This document shows, in pieces, positions 12,907 through 25,394 of a stretch of 64,000 bases of DNA (position 1 is its first letter; each line of letters opens with the position of its first letter). Source of the stretch: Amoebophrya sp. A120 (lineage: Eukaryota > Protista > Dinoflagellata); NCBI GenBank assembly GCA_905178155.1, contig CAJINV010000001.1, forward strand, positions 14,632,142 to 14,696,141, read 5' to 3'. The position numbers and the translations under genes were made by a program. The notes below the pieces were generated by a model. The model was given only the letters and a program-made list of their open reading frames with translations. It did no database searches and was not told the DNA's origin.

Positions 12907-14412
12907 TGCTTGTTGCTGCTGTTTCTCCTCACTGCTTCGTCTAGTTATCCACCTTTCGGCACAAACTACGACCCACACACTTTGACCTGGCTGCGAGAAG
13001 CACAAGCAACGACGTCCATATCTGAGCAGAGCGAGTTAGTTAATTACGAGCTTCGCAGGAGCGTTCTATATATCTGTAATATTGATGCGAGCCCGGCGAT
13101 AACCTTGTTTCACATTGCCCCACTGCCCCAGTGTCACTGGCTCCGTGGTTGTGGCGAACTTCCAGTTATAATTCTAAGAGTGCAAAAAAAAACCAGCTGC
13201 CGAAGTCGGGTTTTCTTGCTTTTTCACCATGTGAAAAGTGATAGATGGTAGATGAGGAGGTCAAAGTCTACGATCAAGGAGTTATTGGCAAACTACTTAC
13301 TACAACTAGTATGCATGTGTCGAAATGCTACAGCCGACGGTTACCATGGCGCGACTTTCTGCTGGGCAAAATACGAACGATCTCGATGAGTCTGTCAAGT
13401 CCACGACAACGACTCACGACCCTCCCGATACAAAGTAGTCGGCGAGGCAATAATACAATAGTTCCCACTTACTTACTCCGCGACTCGTGCGACCACGAGC
13501 GAAGCTGCGCCCGTTCTTTATTCCTCTTGATGGCTGGATATCGAATCGAGAAATAATATCTTCGGGACAGGAATTGTCTTTCGTCAGGAGTCTACTTACA
13601 ACTGTCATCATTGAGCAGGATATAGTTTCTTTTTTTTGCAAAGAGACACGACCCCGAGCGTTTCAGTTTCAGGAGCGAGCGCTCTCCGATCGTGTTTCGC
13701 CGCGGGTTGCGCACGTGTGCATCAATTGGTCGACACGACTAGAGCATCGATCGATGCTTGCGCCGCGTTGGTCATACAAATAAAATAAACTACAACGCCT
13801 GAACCCTATTAAACGAATCGAAGTTTCGTCGGAGAGACCCACTCCTCCTGCTTGGAATTGCATCGATTTGCACATACATCATGGACGCAACGAGCAGAGG
13901 CACAACTGCCTTTCTCTTTTTGCGCGACGTGATTCGCCATATATCTATCTTTTATTCTTTGTTAAACTCATTCGGACGTTCCTGGTCTTTGTTGGGTATT
14001 CTTGACGCGTCGTGCCTGTTTTTAGCTTTATCTTTGTGACGCTCCACAGTCAATCTCACACTGTAAACTAAACAAACAACACGGCCGTCTTCAAGTCTGA
14101 CGCTCCAGATTGTTAATACGTTCTTGAGGGACTTCAGCTACATATACAGGAAATCTATCTATCAGCAACAATATTAAGAAGAAAACAGACACTGAGACAA
14201 TTACTTAATCGAGTTTGTGATGAGTCGAGTTGACGTTGAGTAGGCAGAAGTAGCTGCAACATTACATTCGTATACACAGTGGAATAAGTAGGAGCTTCCG
14301 CGGACTTATCGTCTGTTGCTGGAATAGGAATTAGAATTACACTTTTCTTGAAGCTGGAATAGCTCCTGAGCTCGCTGTTGATATTGTAGCTTTTCAACTC
14401 ACTAGTTGCACA

Positions 14413-17400
14413 TCAGTGATAAATTGTACGTCCATTCTGCATCTTCCCTTTCGCAATCCAGTGTTGGATTTTCGTACACAGCGCAAAATGAGAATGGCAA
14501 TGGAATTCCTCCATGCCTCCACCTAGTTGTCGTGCCCTGTAGTACTCTAACAATGGCGTGACCTCCTTGTTGTATGCGACGAGTCTTGCCTGAATCTCGT
14601 GTGCCGTGTCGCCGGGCCTTTGCACAAGCGCCTCACCTAAAAGAAAATTTTAAGTCCAGTATACTATTTTCTTTTTTTATTACTACGTTCATTGTTCGTT
14701 GCGCACTATAGAAGCGCGGTCGTGGCTGCAGGTCTCGCAGCAGGGAGATGATCTATCATGCGCAACCGTTTTTAGCGAGATAAACAGAAAAACACTTCGC
14801 AGCTTCTACTTTGTCATGTCTCAGGAAGATTGAGAACTGCAACTGCACTTCACAGAATATGTCGAATGCATTTCATCATGAAGGTACCGGTGACGTCGTC
14901 GCGCATGTACTCTGGTCCCGCGGTAAGCGATTTTGGCGACAGTATCACAGAGCAAAACGGCTCGCATAGTATGGCGAAAATAAGGCCCTTGGGCTATACT
15001 ATAGATTGACTCATGATCATACCAGAGCCGAGAAGACATACAAAAAAAAATGGAAGACGAGAACGCACTCATCGTCCCAAATGCCTCTATAATGCCCGAC
15101 GCGATCACGACCACATGCACCTTACGAAAAAAGAGCAAGCTATGTGCCACTTTCTGAAACGCAATCTCTTCATCGTTTCTGCTTATCTATGTCTGGCACT
15201 GGCTTAAGTGTTTCGGCATGAAAATTCAGAGAAATGAACAATAAGTAGATGACATGAAAGGACGAGCCTCAGAAAAGGGCTACGTTGCAAACTACTACGC
15301 GACTCCTCTTCACTGGCCTAGGCGCCGCGTTTTTGTGGTACAGCCTGCCGGAACCCAGGTGTATCCACGTGCCCTGCATCCTCGCCGCGAGAACCTGGCA
15401 AAAGGTACCATCGTTTCTGACTCGGCAGTGAGAATGTTACACATTCGCACTATTTGCATGCAGATGCACATGGAGTTTTTGCATTCTTGGCGTTTTCTAG
15501 TCCGTTCAGGCACCACCTTAAACCTCTTCATGTTCAAACAAAATCAATCTTCCAAGTGCAACACTCACGAAAGAGAAAGACGAAAACCTAGGCGGCATCT
15601 ACCTCGTTGGCTGCCACGAGATTTATCACCGTGAGACTATCTCCGTTCTTGTCCAAGACTGCGCCAAGAGCCCGCGCTTGCCCGATTGAGCGCGGGAACC
15701 CATCTAGTACAAATCCCGTGTGTAGTTGCGACGTGGCGTCTTCTATTATGTGCGACGCCACAATGTCGGAAACTAAGCCTCCTTCGTCCACTTGTTGTTT
15801 GGCCCTGGTGAAATTTAATGCTTGTTTTTGGTTGAAAATCAATGTGCTCAGAAGAGCTAGAAAAAGATCAAGAAGCAATACAAATCAAATGCAGCTCATG
15901 GATAAGAGAGTTACAACAATAAAAGCATTTGAAGTAAACTACCTAAGACAACTAAAAAAAGAAAGCACTATGCTAAGAAATATTAAAATAGTTCCTGTTT
16001 TGAAATTAATTAATCCATTGCCTAGCCGCAAAATAATAGGAGCGACCAGCCAGATGACGCCGGCAACGTACGAGCACCTGTTCTGTTTCAGAAGTGCTGC
16101 AGTGAAATTACTTACGGCCGGAAATGAGCTTGCCCGCGATCATGCAGCCCAGCCCCTGCTATAAATCAACCTCAAGATGACGACTGAGGCCAGTAACTTC
16201 GGCCATGCGAAAATAACCATAACGCCTTTCCTTTGCGTTTGCACTTTTCAAAGAAATACCAATACAATAAAAATTCATTCTGCCGTTTAAACAAATAAGA
16301 ATACCGCTTTCCAGCAGGGGTCTTTGCTTTAACGGCTTGTCGGAGAGCATCGTGTGCAAAACCCCCTTAGCCACACAAGATAATCCTGCTTTTGCACTCG
16401 CGCTTGCATTTCTTTGCACACCCACACAACCACAGACGGAGGCTCAAATACAACACAATTAACAAAACATGCTTACTATGGGAATAAAGCGATTATTTTA
16501 TATGTAAATGTATAAATGAATGTGAATCATTCCTCCGCATCCGGCCTCCCTGATTATGAAGATTTGCATTACAATCCTCATCATCATCATCAAGAAGCAC
16601 AATTTGTGCAAGTCGGGAAAGCATGTGAATGGAAGGGCAAGGAACGCACGAACACGAAGTGAGAACAAATAGTCAGTCACAGCTTCGCATGAACAAGCAG
16701 AGCGCAAGAAACAAATCAAGGAAGGGATAAGGAAGAAGTAAAGTAGAGCTTCGGACACTGACATGCTGAAGGGGTAGCTACAATCTACTCGCTCTTGTGA
16801 TTGTGTTGTTCCAAAACGATCGAAGGTGAGCGGGAAGACTCCTCTCGCATCCTGCTGACTGATCCTAGAAGAGAAAGGTAAGAAGAGGAAGACGAAGAAG
16901 AAAAAACAAACAAAATTGACATGCTAACAAGAACCGCGGCACGCTTCATCGCCTCCCCCTGTGCAGCAGGCCACAGATGGCTGTCACGAAGAGAAGGTAG
17001 GTCAGGCGGACAACAAGGCGCCATCCCCATCGCCATTTTCTCTCGACTAGTACTTGTGATCGGGAGTGGCCCTGCGCCCCACAGGTTGATATGTAAGCGC
17101 GCCAAAAAAATTCAAGTACCCACCTGAACAGCTGCGCAGCAGAAGCGATTTTCCGGCAGCATGCAAACCAGTTCTCAAGGCCAAGTCCGAAAAGACGGGC
17201 CCACGCGTGCTAAACTACTAACTGTAACTTCATCTGGATCTGGACAAGGAATAAAAGGATAAAAAAAACTAAGTAGCACAACTATCAATCTACATCATCT
17301 AGAAAGGAAAGAGAGTGCGCGGCGTACGCCAAATAGCATCATGCGGAGCGATGATGAATGAACAAAAACAAATGGTAAACTCTTATCAAACCAGGGGCCC

Positions 17401-20400
17401 TGGAACGAGGCGCCCTGACCCGAGCTTCAGCGCCATAGCCGAAAGAGTAGAGAAAAGCAAAAGAAGCAGGAGGTCCTCATTTTTTCAACGTGCTGTAAAA
17501 ACATAGTTTTTTGCTTTAGATTTCGCATCGCCGACCCATTGTCAACCCATGAGCAACCCACCAGCGACCGACCAAGTCACCCACCCAATGACCAACCACA
17601 TGACTTACCAAATGACTCACCAAGTAACCAACGGACACTAATGCGGAAAAGGAGTTTGCGGTGGTAAGCCCTCTGGTAAATCTGCGACACCCATCTGAAG
17701 GGTCTCCGGTACAGCCCCTTCTTGCGGCGTCCGGCAACTCCGCCACAAATGGGTTGAAGGCTCTAGTAGATGATCCGCCGGCTCACCAACATGGAAAGCG
17801 TTGGAGATACGATCTGCGCGCAGGACAGGAGAACAGCCTGAGCCTGGGATCCGCCGCCCACGCCAGCCTTGCGTTGTGTGTTATCCATACATAAGCGCAA
17901 CAACCCGAAACGCAGAGGACGAGGGCGATGAACTATGATTATCTACTCGGAGCGAGGAAGGAAAATCCATCGCCCGGTGGCGTCCCATTTTCGTCCTGCC
18001 TCCTCGCTAAGTACGCGGAAACGGTGACCCTACCCCATGCTAGGGAGGAGAAGGAAGCGGAAAGCTGACACTCCCTGAATTACAGTCATTTTGTGACTGT
18101 GATACACAAAACCGACACGGGATCATGATATTAGTACTTATTAGAGTCCTCCAGCCAACATGATTATATGCATCACCAATACATAGGCCTGAGGACGCTA
18201 ACATACTGACTCGCAGCTTAGCTTCTCTTTCTACTTTCCAAATCGATTGCAATCGCGATCCCGGCAACGAACTTTCAGCTAAGAGAAGTCTCGCCCCCGA
18301 GTAGAGGCAAAGAAAAACATAAACACCTACAGAAACAGAAGTTCTATCGGATATTGATAAACATTCTTGAACTTTCGGACCCCCGCGCCCCCTTTGAATC
18401 TTCTCAAAAAAAACGAAGGGCGCGCCGGACATTCTTCTCAAGAGAAAAAGAGCGGGCGCGAGAAAGTTGAGGAATTATTAGCACGACCCACAGCATTTTT
18501 CGGATTCAACAAGGGGTCCGGGGACGCACTCCCATTTGTTTAGTAATATTTATCGACATCCGATTCAATATCATTATATTAGCCAGGAAGGTAATATGCA
18601 TCCATGAGCAAGCGCAGATCACTAAATACGGCATCAGGGGGGTTATGCTCACGATACACGCAGTCCCCAGTAATTACCACCGGAATGCGTAGACTTTGCG
18701 TCAACACCCGAATCGCCGCCCTGCGAGTGATGAATGCGAAAAGATTATTTTCCCCCATCGGCAACTTATGTATCATCAGCGTAACAACTGCGGGCGTGGG
18801 CATCAGGATCTTTGATCAATCTTGATCAACTGTCCGCGTCGGTGTCGCCATTTTTAATCTCGCGAGGACAAAAAATTGAATCAATTTCAACACTTTCAAA
18901 ATAAAAAAATAATGTATCTATTTATTAGTATTACGGTCTGCCTGACGCTGGAGCCCCGAATACGACGAAAACCCGACGGCCTGACGGACGACAGTTCACG
19001 GGTGGGGACAGTGCCACGCGTCGCAGGTGCCGGTCTACTAAAGCTGCTGCTATTCGTTCAACCTTGGTGTAGCTGCTGCCTTTCCTCTCTTTCGTCGCAC
19101 CGCTCTGCGGGAGGGGAAGGTGGCGGTTCATTTGGTCGAAGCAAGAATGAAGCAACTGCTTTAGTTGTTTTCGCCTTTGCTGCAAAAACTGCCAGTTTCG
19201 GAACGCAGACAGGACTCTGGCTTTCCTTTTCTGCCGCGCAAGCCGGCGGAGGTGTACGGAAAGCACCCTAGCTCGATAGAGCGCGCCAAGGTGAACAAGT
19301 TCTAGTCGCGACCGCGGTTTTCCGATTTGATCTTGTTCTTGACCGAGGTAAAGCCCCTTGCAGATGAAATGGAATTTCAATTGGTGCAAGTTGTATGAGG
19401 GAAGGCGTCCGGACAGAACCGCGTACCTGGCAAGGACAAGGAGTTGGAGTTTCCAAGCACGCCAGATGTCTCCAAGCTGCTTTCTCATGCGACGGCGTCG
19501 ACCACGGACCAGGAGCAGGTGAATCCTCAGAAGACTTAGTCGGCAATAAATCACACACAACATCAATTCCTTCGTCCGCCATGCAGTGTGCCCCTCCTCA
19601 ATAGTGGTTCTCCTTGTTTTTTCCGCGACTCGCATCCTGAGTCCGCTCAAGTAGTTCTTGAAGAGGTATGTGAGCACGACGCGACGAAAGGCAACCGCAA
19701 TCCGAGCGCTTCTGTATCTCTTCGCCCGAATGTTCCGTAGCTGGCGAGAAAGAACTACTTTGGCCATCATCACGCCCGTAAATGCGGCAATGTTCTTGAT
19801 GCGGAGTTGCCGTTGCCTGAAGACCACGCTTCTCATTTGCAACGCGGTCACTCTGCGACTATGAGCAAACCGCACGAGGTGCATGTACAGCATTGTTCGC
19901 TGCAGCCATCGCCGATAACGCAGCTCACGAAGCGTAGTTGCTCGCTTGATCCGAACGCTTTTCAATAGCGACGAGATTTTCAGCTTCAACTGCGCAACCC
20001 GAACGAAAGCGTCAAGTAGCCGTAAAGCTCGGTCTCGTCGTAGAGCCCCAACCCATTTTCTCATGGCGATCTGGAGACTCAAGTTTCGCTCGCACTGAAG
20101 CCGTCGCCGGTCTTGGAGCCAACTGCTGCACCGCAAGAGGAGCAAGTGCAGGAGCCAGAACATCAAAAAGGCGCTTGCCAGCGCAGAACCGACGGGCACG
20201 GCCACGGATATGATATACTCGACCACACGATCCTCAATAATTCCTGCAACATGGACACCGAACCGAGCTTGCTCCAATATACGTTGTGCTCGTGCATCTT
20301 CACCTTGGGATTCGTGGCCCCTTGCGATTCGTGGCATTCTTTGCCCGGCGCGGGAGATGTCACCCGGACTGGAGGTGGTAGTGGAGGTAGTTCGCTTCAG

Positions 20401-22592
20401 AAATTCCTCATCTGCATCTGGCCCTAGGAGTTGGGGAACAACAGGGCGGTTCCTGCTCAGAATTTCTGGTCTAGGTGTTGCCGCACCAGAACTTTTATTT
20501 GTACCAGCAGGAACAGCTTCTACTTCACCTCCAAGTGGTCCTGCAGCTTGGCCCTCCGGACTGATTATCGCATCGTAATTTTGTGGAATCCTCTTTGGGT
20601 TAGTGTTCTTTCTCCGAGTAGATGGCGACGGCGTTCTTTCGTTATGCGTTGTAAAATTCACGTCAAAAGCACTCGCGTTTTGCACCGCAAGGGCGAAGTC
20701 CAGATCGTTTTGGCTGCTGTGCTGGTTGGTCGAATTCAGAACGCTGGTGTAGTTAACACTGTTGGAGGAGGTCGATGTAGCGAAATCTGCACCAGAAGGA
20801 TGCGCAGGTGGAACGATCGCAGCTCCTGCTGTTGTTTCTTCATTTCGCTTATTTATTCCAGCACAACCACGAGATCTAGAAGGAGAATCACTGCCGTAGT
20901 TCGCCGCTACTTTACTACCAACACCCATTCCGAAGATCGGATCGTCGGACCCAGCTTCTCCTTCAATTCGGCGTTTTCTTATGCGGTTTTCACGGTCTGC
21001 TGCTGCTGCGTCTTCGCGGATCGCGTTCGGATTGATGAGCATTTGCAGGGGCGAAAAGGAGTCCAGGCCGGAAGTTGGTTCTGTCGTGTGTTGAGGATGT
21101 AGTCGTCGACGTCGTGTATGTCTCGGATTATACTAGCGCCTCAGTCACAGTCATTCAGGGTGAGCGAAAAGGGAAAAGATTTCGCGCAATGAATTAAGGA
21201 TAGGATTCTTTGCAACATCAACATCTTCTAAGTACTATAGTTATATTACAAAAATCACACTGTACCATCCAGAAACAATATCTTGGGGTCGGCGATGAGC
21301 TCAAGCGCAACTCGTATTGGTGTTCCTGTTTGATGCAGCCGGTGGAGTTCAGGCACCTGCACCTCGACGCTGTCGTCTTCTACATCTACTGAAAAACCAA
21401 AACCACTTTGCCCGCCTGCCTCTACAACTGGTGTAGTAGCTTCTAACAGGAACCGCGACGAGAACGAGAGTCCAGCAGTTTGCGAAAGTCCGTGTCCAGC
21501 AGGCCAGACCCCGTTTTCGTGCAGCTGCAGACCCGAACAAAAAAACAAGTCGTGGTGAACTACAAGCACGGTTTCTTCTCCTTCATGGTTCCTAGGAAGA
21601 TCTTCCGGCCCCCTCACCGAGTCCGCTGACGGCCGAGCAGCAGCACTACAACTGTTACTAGCCGGATAACCACGGTCCCCCGCATAGTTGTTCTGCTTTG
21701 CGTAAGCACTTCTACCCCCCGCACGCGCACTGCTCTCCTGCAACTGCTTATCATTTGAGGAATTCGTAAGAAGAAGTGGCTCTGGTGTCGCAAAGGGACA
21801 AGTTGCAGCATGGAGCCGGACGACGCATGGCAGCTTACACAGGTTGCGAGGAGCATCTCGCTCAACCACGTCGATAGAGCTGTAGTGTTGGTGGAAAAAG
21901 CAGACGCGAGTGTCTGTTTCACGTGCTTGTCCAGCTCCAATTGCGTTATTTGATGAACTCGGTCGGGGTGTGGCTGTGGCTGCAGTCCATAACGCGCAGG
22001 GACGACATACGTGCTCGTGCACCTGGACGAAGGGGTCACTGTACACCAGTGTGGACCGGCGGGCGGCCTTACGACGGCGTTTGCCGACTCCTTGATTGTG
22101 ATGGTGCACTTGATGGTAGTCCTGCGTGCTCGCAGTGCGCCAGAGCAATGGGTACCACGCAAGATCGGCGCTAAGGCCAGGTACCAGCTGCTGCTGCTGC
22201 TGCTGGTTGTGGTTGTAGTTCACGTGCAGGACCAAAGCTCGTCCATCTTCATCAACACTCTTGTTGACTTCATCATCTCGAGCTTGACCGAACTCAAATG
22301 GAAATGCTTTGTCACCGGTGGGCGCGCGGTCACCGCGCGCCTCTTCTGACCATTGCCAGTGCCCCAGAGCCGTCCCCGCGTCGTCTGCCACAGAGCCGCC
22401 CCCGAGGAGAGAACTAGGCATGCCAGTAGTGAACTCCTCGCTCCAAGGCTCGTCCCATACGGATTGGACTACCTCCGCCAATGCGTTCACGGCCGCCGTC
22501 GCCGCTTCAGGTAGGCTAATTCCGAAGTGCTTCTGGCAGTCCTCGTTCGCCTGCAGAAGCAGCGCTCCTGCCATCAAAATGGGCCAGGCCAT
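14413..22592 (-). CDS. Chimeric multi-exon protein: N-terminal hydrophobic leader, ABCG Walker-B fragment, basic Trp-repeat (Sfi1/IQ-like) region, divergent adenylate kinase domain
   Basis: GT-AG introns 21081-21265 (ILFLD-E-PTSGLDSFS), 18721-18934 (FGAPASGRP-AAIRVLTQSLRIPVVITGD), 15395-15602 and 14637-14887. ADK exons: 15804-15603 (GGLVSD...GFVLDGFPRSIGQA), 15394-15320 (RMQGTWIHLGSGRLYH), ~14936-14888 (PKSLTAGPEYMRDDVTG), 14636-14413 (EALVQRPGD...RLVAYNKEVTPLLEYY). Splicing between ~18650 and 15805 is unresolved. Confidence 0.75.
17545..17632. repeat. Degenerate 12-bp minisatellite (ACCAMATGACYC-like) inside the large ADK intron
   Basis: ACCAAGTCACCC/ACCCAATGACCA/ACCACATGACTT/ACCAAATGACTC units. 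Confidence 0.6.
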
Positions 22593-23150
22593 GATTTTAT
22601 ATTTTTTTTTCGATTTTTTGCGAAAAGCCAAACAGTAATTTTCGTACGATTTTAGCTACGAACTGGAACTGCAACAATGCACTATCAATTACTTATCTCA
22701 TGTTAAAGAAACGCATCAACATGGCTACGACGTGACTCAAGCTTCTAGTATAATTGCTCTGACACCCAGGTGGGCTCTCGGCTGCATCGAGCGATCTCCT
22801 GCAAACGACCCAAAATACGAAACGAAGGAAATAACATATCGCGTGACCCGGACGAAGAAAGTCTACGAGTGTCAACTTAGAAACAACAACCCTCTCCGAA
22901 TTCGATCGAACAAGAAAACGCTGATGCAATTGCAATTCCACGTTAGTCTTAGTATCCAATTATCTAATATTGATGCTCAGCGATTAATATAGAACGATTT
23001 TTGCAATTGCTGCTATGAATTTGAGTGCGCGCGCCACAACGATTGTACGATCCCCTCAGCAAGTGCAAGATCAAACTACGTACCAATATTAAAAATGTCT
23101 CAATACTATTTATCTTTGACTTTGCGGTCATGAGGTTGCATTTGCAAACA

Positions 23151-24000
23151 CTAACACGCAAGGACAAACCAGAAAACAGTCGCCCTCGCGGGGGCTTTTA
23201 TCAGTGCAACACCCGCATCGCGGTGCTGACGCTGAGGCTGACCAAGAGAAAAAGTGCATTCCCACATGCTGCATACACTCCAGCAGCCATATTTAATCAG
23301 TCTGCGGCGGCGCGGCCGCGAGGGCGCGACCAGCGTTGCCCAACCCGACGCGTGGCAAGCTTCCGGACCGGCCGGCTCGCTCGGACTCTCACTCTTCACT
23401 GAAGCTGCCAATCCCACAAAATGGGGTGGCCGCGCACTGCATCCGGCGGCAACCTGGTCCCGGGGGGGGCGAAACGCCGAACGACGGCGCAGGGCCTGAG
23501 CGGACGGACCGGGCGCGTTCTCCCAACGAACGCACCAAGCCACGCGGCCCCTGCTGCCGGTGGGCCCTGATTTGGCGCCCCGGTCGGAGGGCGCAGGGCC
23601 TGCCGGCCCTGCCGCTTCACTTCTGTGCGTGGGGGGGGAGAGGCGCCGGCGCTCGGGGAAGATCTCCGAAGTCAGCGCGCCAAGGTGGCGCGCGGGCCGC
23701 TCTTCCTGAAGCAGCCGGAACTCTTCTTGCAGATCAATCTTTCGCGAGTTCCCCCCTCAATACCGGCCGCCACGACGAACCTGCTCCCGCGCCTCTGTGT
23801 GTCCTCGGGGGCCGCAGAGCCAATACATAGGGCAGGGCGGCTGCGAATCCGACAGCGAGCCGCGGCGCTTCCCTGAAACTCCAACTGAGGCAAAGCCGAA
23901 CCGGGATAGGCAGGCGAAGGGCCTCGGGCTCGGGCGGGAGTGTATCTATTCTTGCTCTGCACGTAGGCCCAACATTGTTTCGCTCTGTACGTAGGCCATT
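23151..24000 (-). pseudogene. GC-rich decayed third copy of the three-exon family (G-psi)
   Basis: 23782-23735 encodes RFVVAAGIEGGTRERL, an ungapped match to G1 RFVIVPESGGLTPEKL and G2 QFVITAEVGGITHEDV. 23291-23251 encodes YGCWSVCSMWECTF, matching G2 VGCFGLFSVWKEGF. It sits downstream of block X exactly as G2 does. Confidence 0.6.
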
Positions 24001-24098
24001 TTCTAGTGATGTTTTTGACCTGTCTGCATCGGAGCAGAAGGTCTTGCCCGACTTGAATTAAAATTCTGCGCCGGCCAACAACTTTGACTGAATAACGC

Positions 24099-24460
24099 GA
24101 ACGCCATGATGTAGAGACAACTTGCGCTACTTTTCGCTCGATTTCCATACTAGTCGCCTTTTTGCGCTCGATTCCGACGAAGTCGATGCACGACATGGGG
24201 AAAACGCAATCACCTCTCATTCTTCTTGTCATGATAGATCTCGTCCGGATTATGTATCTCTTGATGACTTTTTGGATCGAAAGTACGAGCAGCACGCTGG
24301 AAAATAGCGCCTTATTAACTGTAATTAAAAATCTAGAAGTCGAAACACGGCATTTGATTCCAGCTCTCAACGTGCTCTCACGACGAGTGGTGCTAAGTAG
24401 GATACTTGCTCCTCATAGCAGCATATACCAAGAATTAAAATTTGCTCTTGATGTTCTACA
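24099..24460. repeat. Non-coding block X, copy 1 (upstream of G-psi)
   Basis: Aligns with 34933-35289, e.g. TTTCCATACTAGTCGCCTTTTTGCGC.CGATTCCGACGAAGTCGATGCACGAC and CACGGCATTTGATTCCAGCTCTCAA. Confidence 0.9.
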
Positions 24461-25394
24461 TCCGTCGCTAAACGAACCTATTTGTGTTTGGTGGTCTGCG
24501 TGTCTGTGCAGTGAACGAGGCACGTCGGGTTTCCTGTACTTTATGTTTGTAATTGCAATTGGCAAGCAGAATAAAGTACGTGAACGCGCCCGGACCCTCG
24601 AAAGACAAAGCCGAAAGACAGCCTATTCCGCTCAAACCTAAGCGGTATTGCGTTGGGCCCTCAACTCAGCGAGTCCGAATTTTACATCCTAATCCTGGTA
24701 TTGCTTGTCGTTTGAAACAGAAACTCAAGTCTGACATTTTACGCGACTCGGGTCTCCTCCCGCGGATCTATCTTTATCTTGGCAGCGGGCGTGGACCCTC
24801 TGTTTCTGTAGCATCACAAGCTGTAAATTCTAGTACATTTTCCAACAGCAAATTCGAACAAAAAAAGCTGTGCTTTTCAATTTAGAGACAGCTTTCTGCT
24901 TGTGCTTGTTTTGATTTTCGCTCATGATTTACAACGCACGCGATCAGAGGCACTAACTCTAAGTGAATTTTTCCGCGCTTCGGAATTACAACGAAAGCGA
25001 AAGGGAAAGCGAACGCGAAGACGGAGAAGATACAGACATATTAGAGAGTACGTAGTCACTGGATACAAAAAACGGATAAACATTTTATCGCGATATTTAC
25101 ATTTATTTCTTTGCACTGATTATCTGATCATCATCATCTACTGCAGGGAGGTGTGTTCGACGACGTGGAGACCTTTTTTGAGAAGATTCCGAAGGAAAAA
25201 GAAAGGATACGACCGATACATCTAGCACTAGATACAGTTCACCTTCCTTGTCTCGTCATACTTCATTCGGTGTGTTCCTGTAGGGTCTCGCGATGACAAT
25301 GAAAATATTTCGGTAACGAGGAAGATGCGAAACAATGTAGACGGGACGAATAAGCCACCTCTTGCTCTTGTTTGTCTTCATCCTGTCGACTGTA

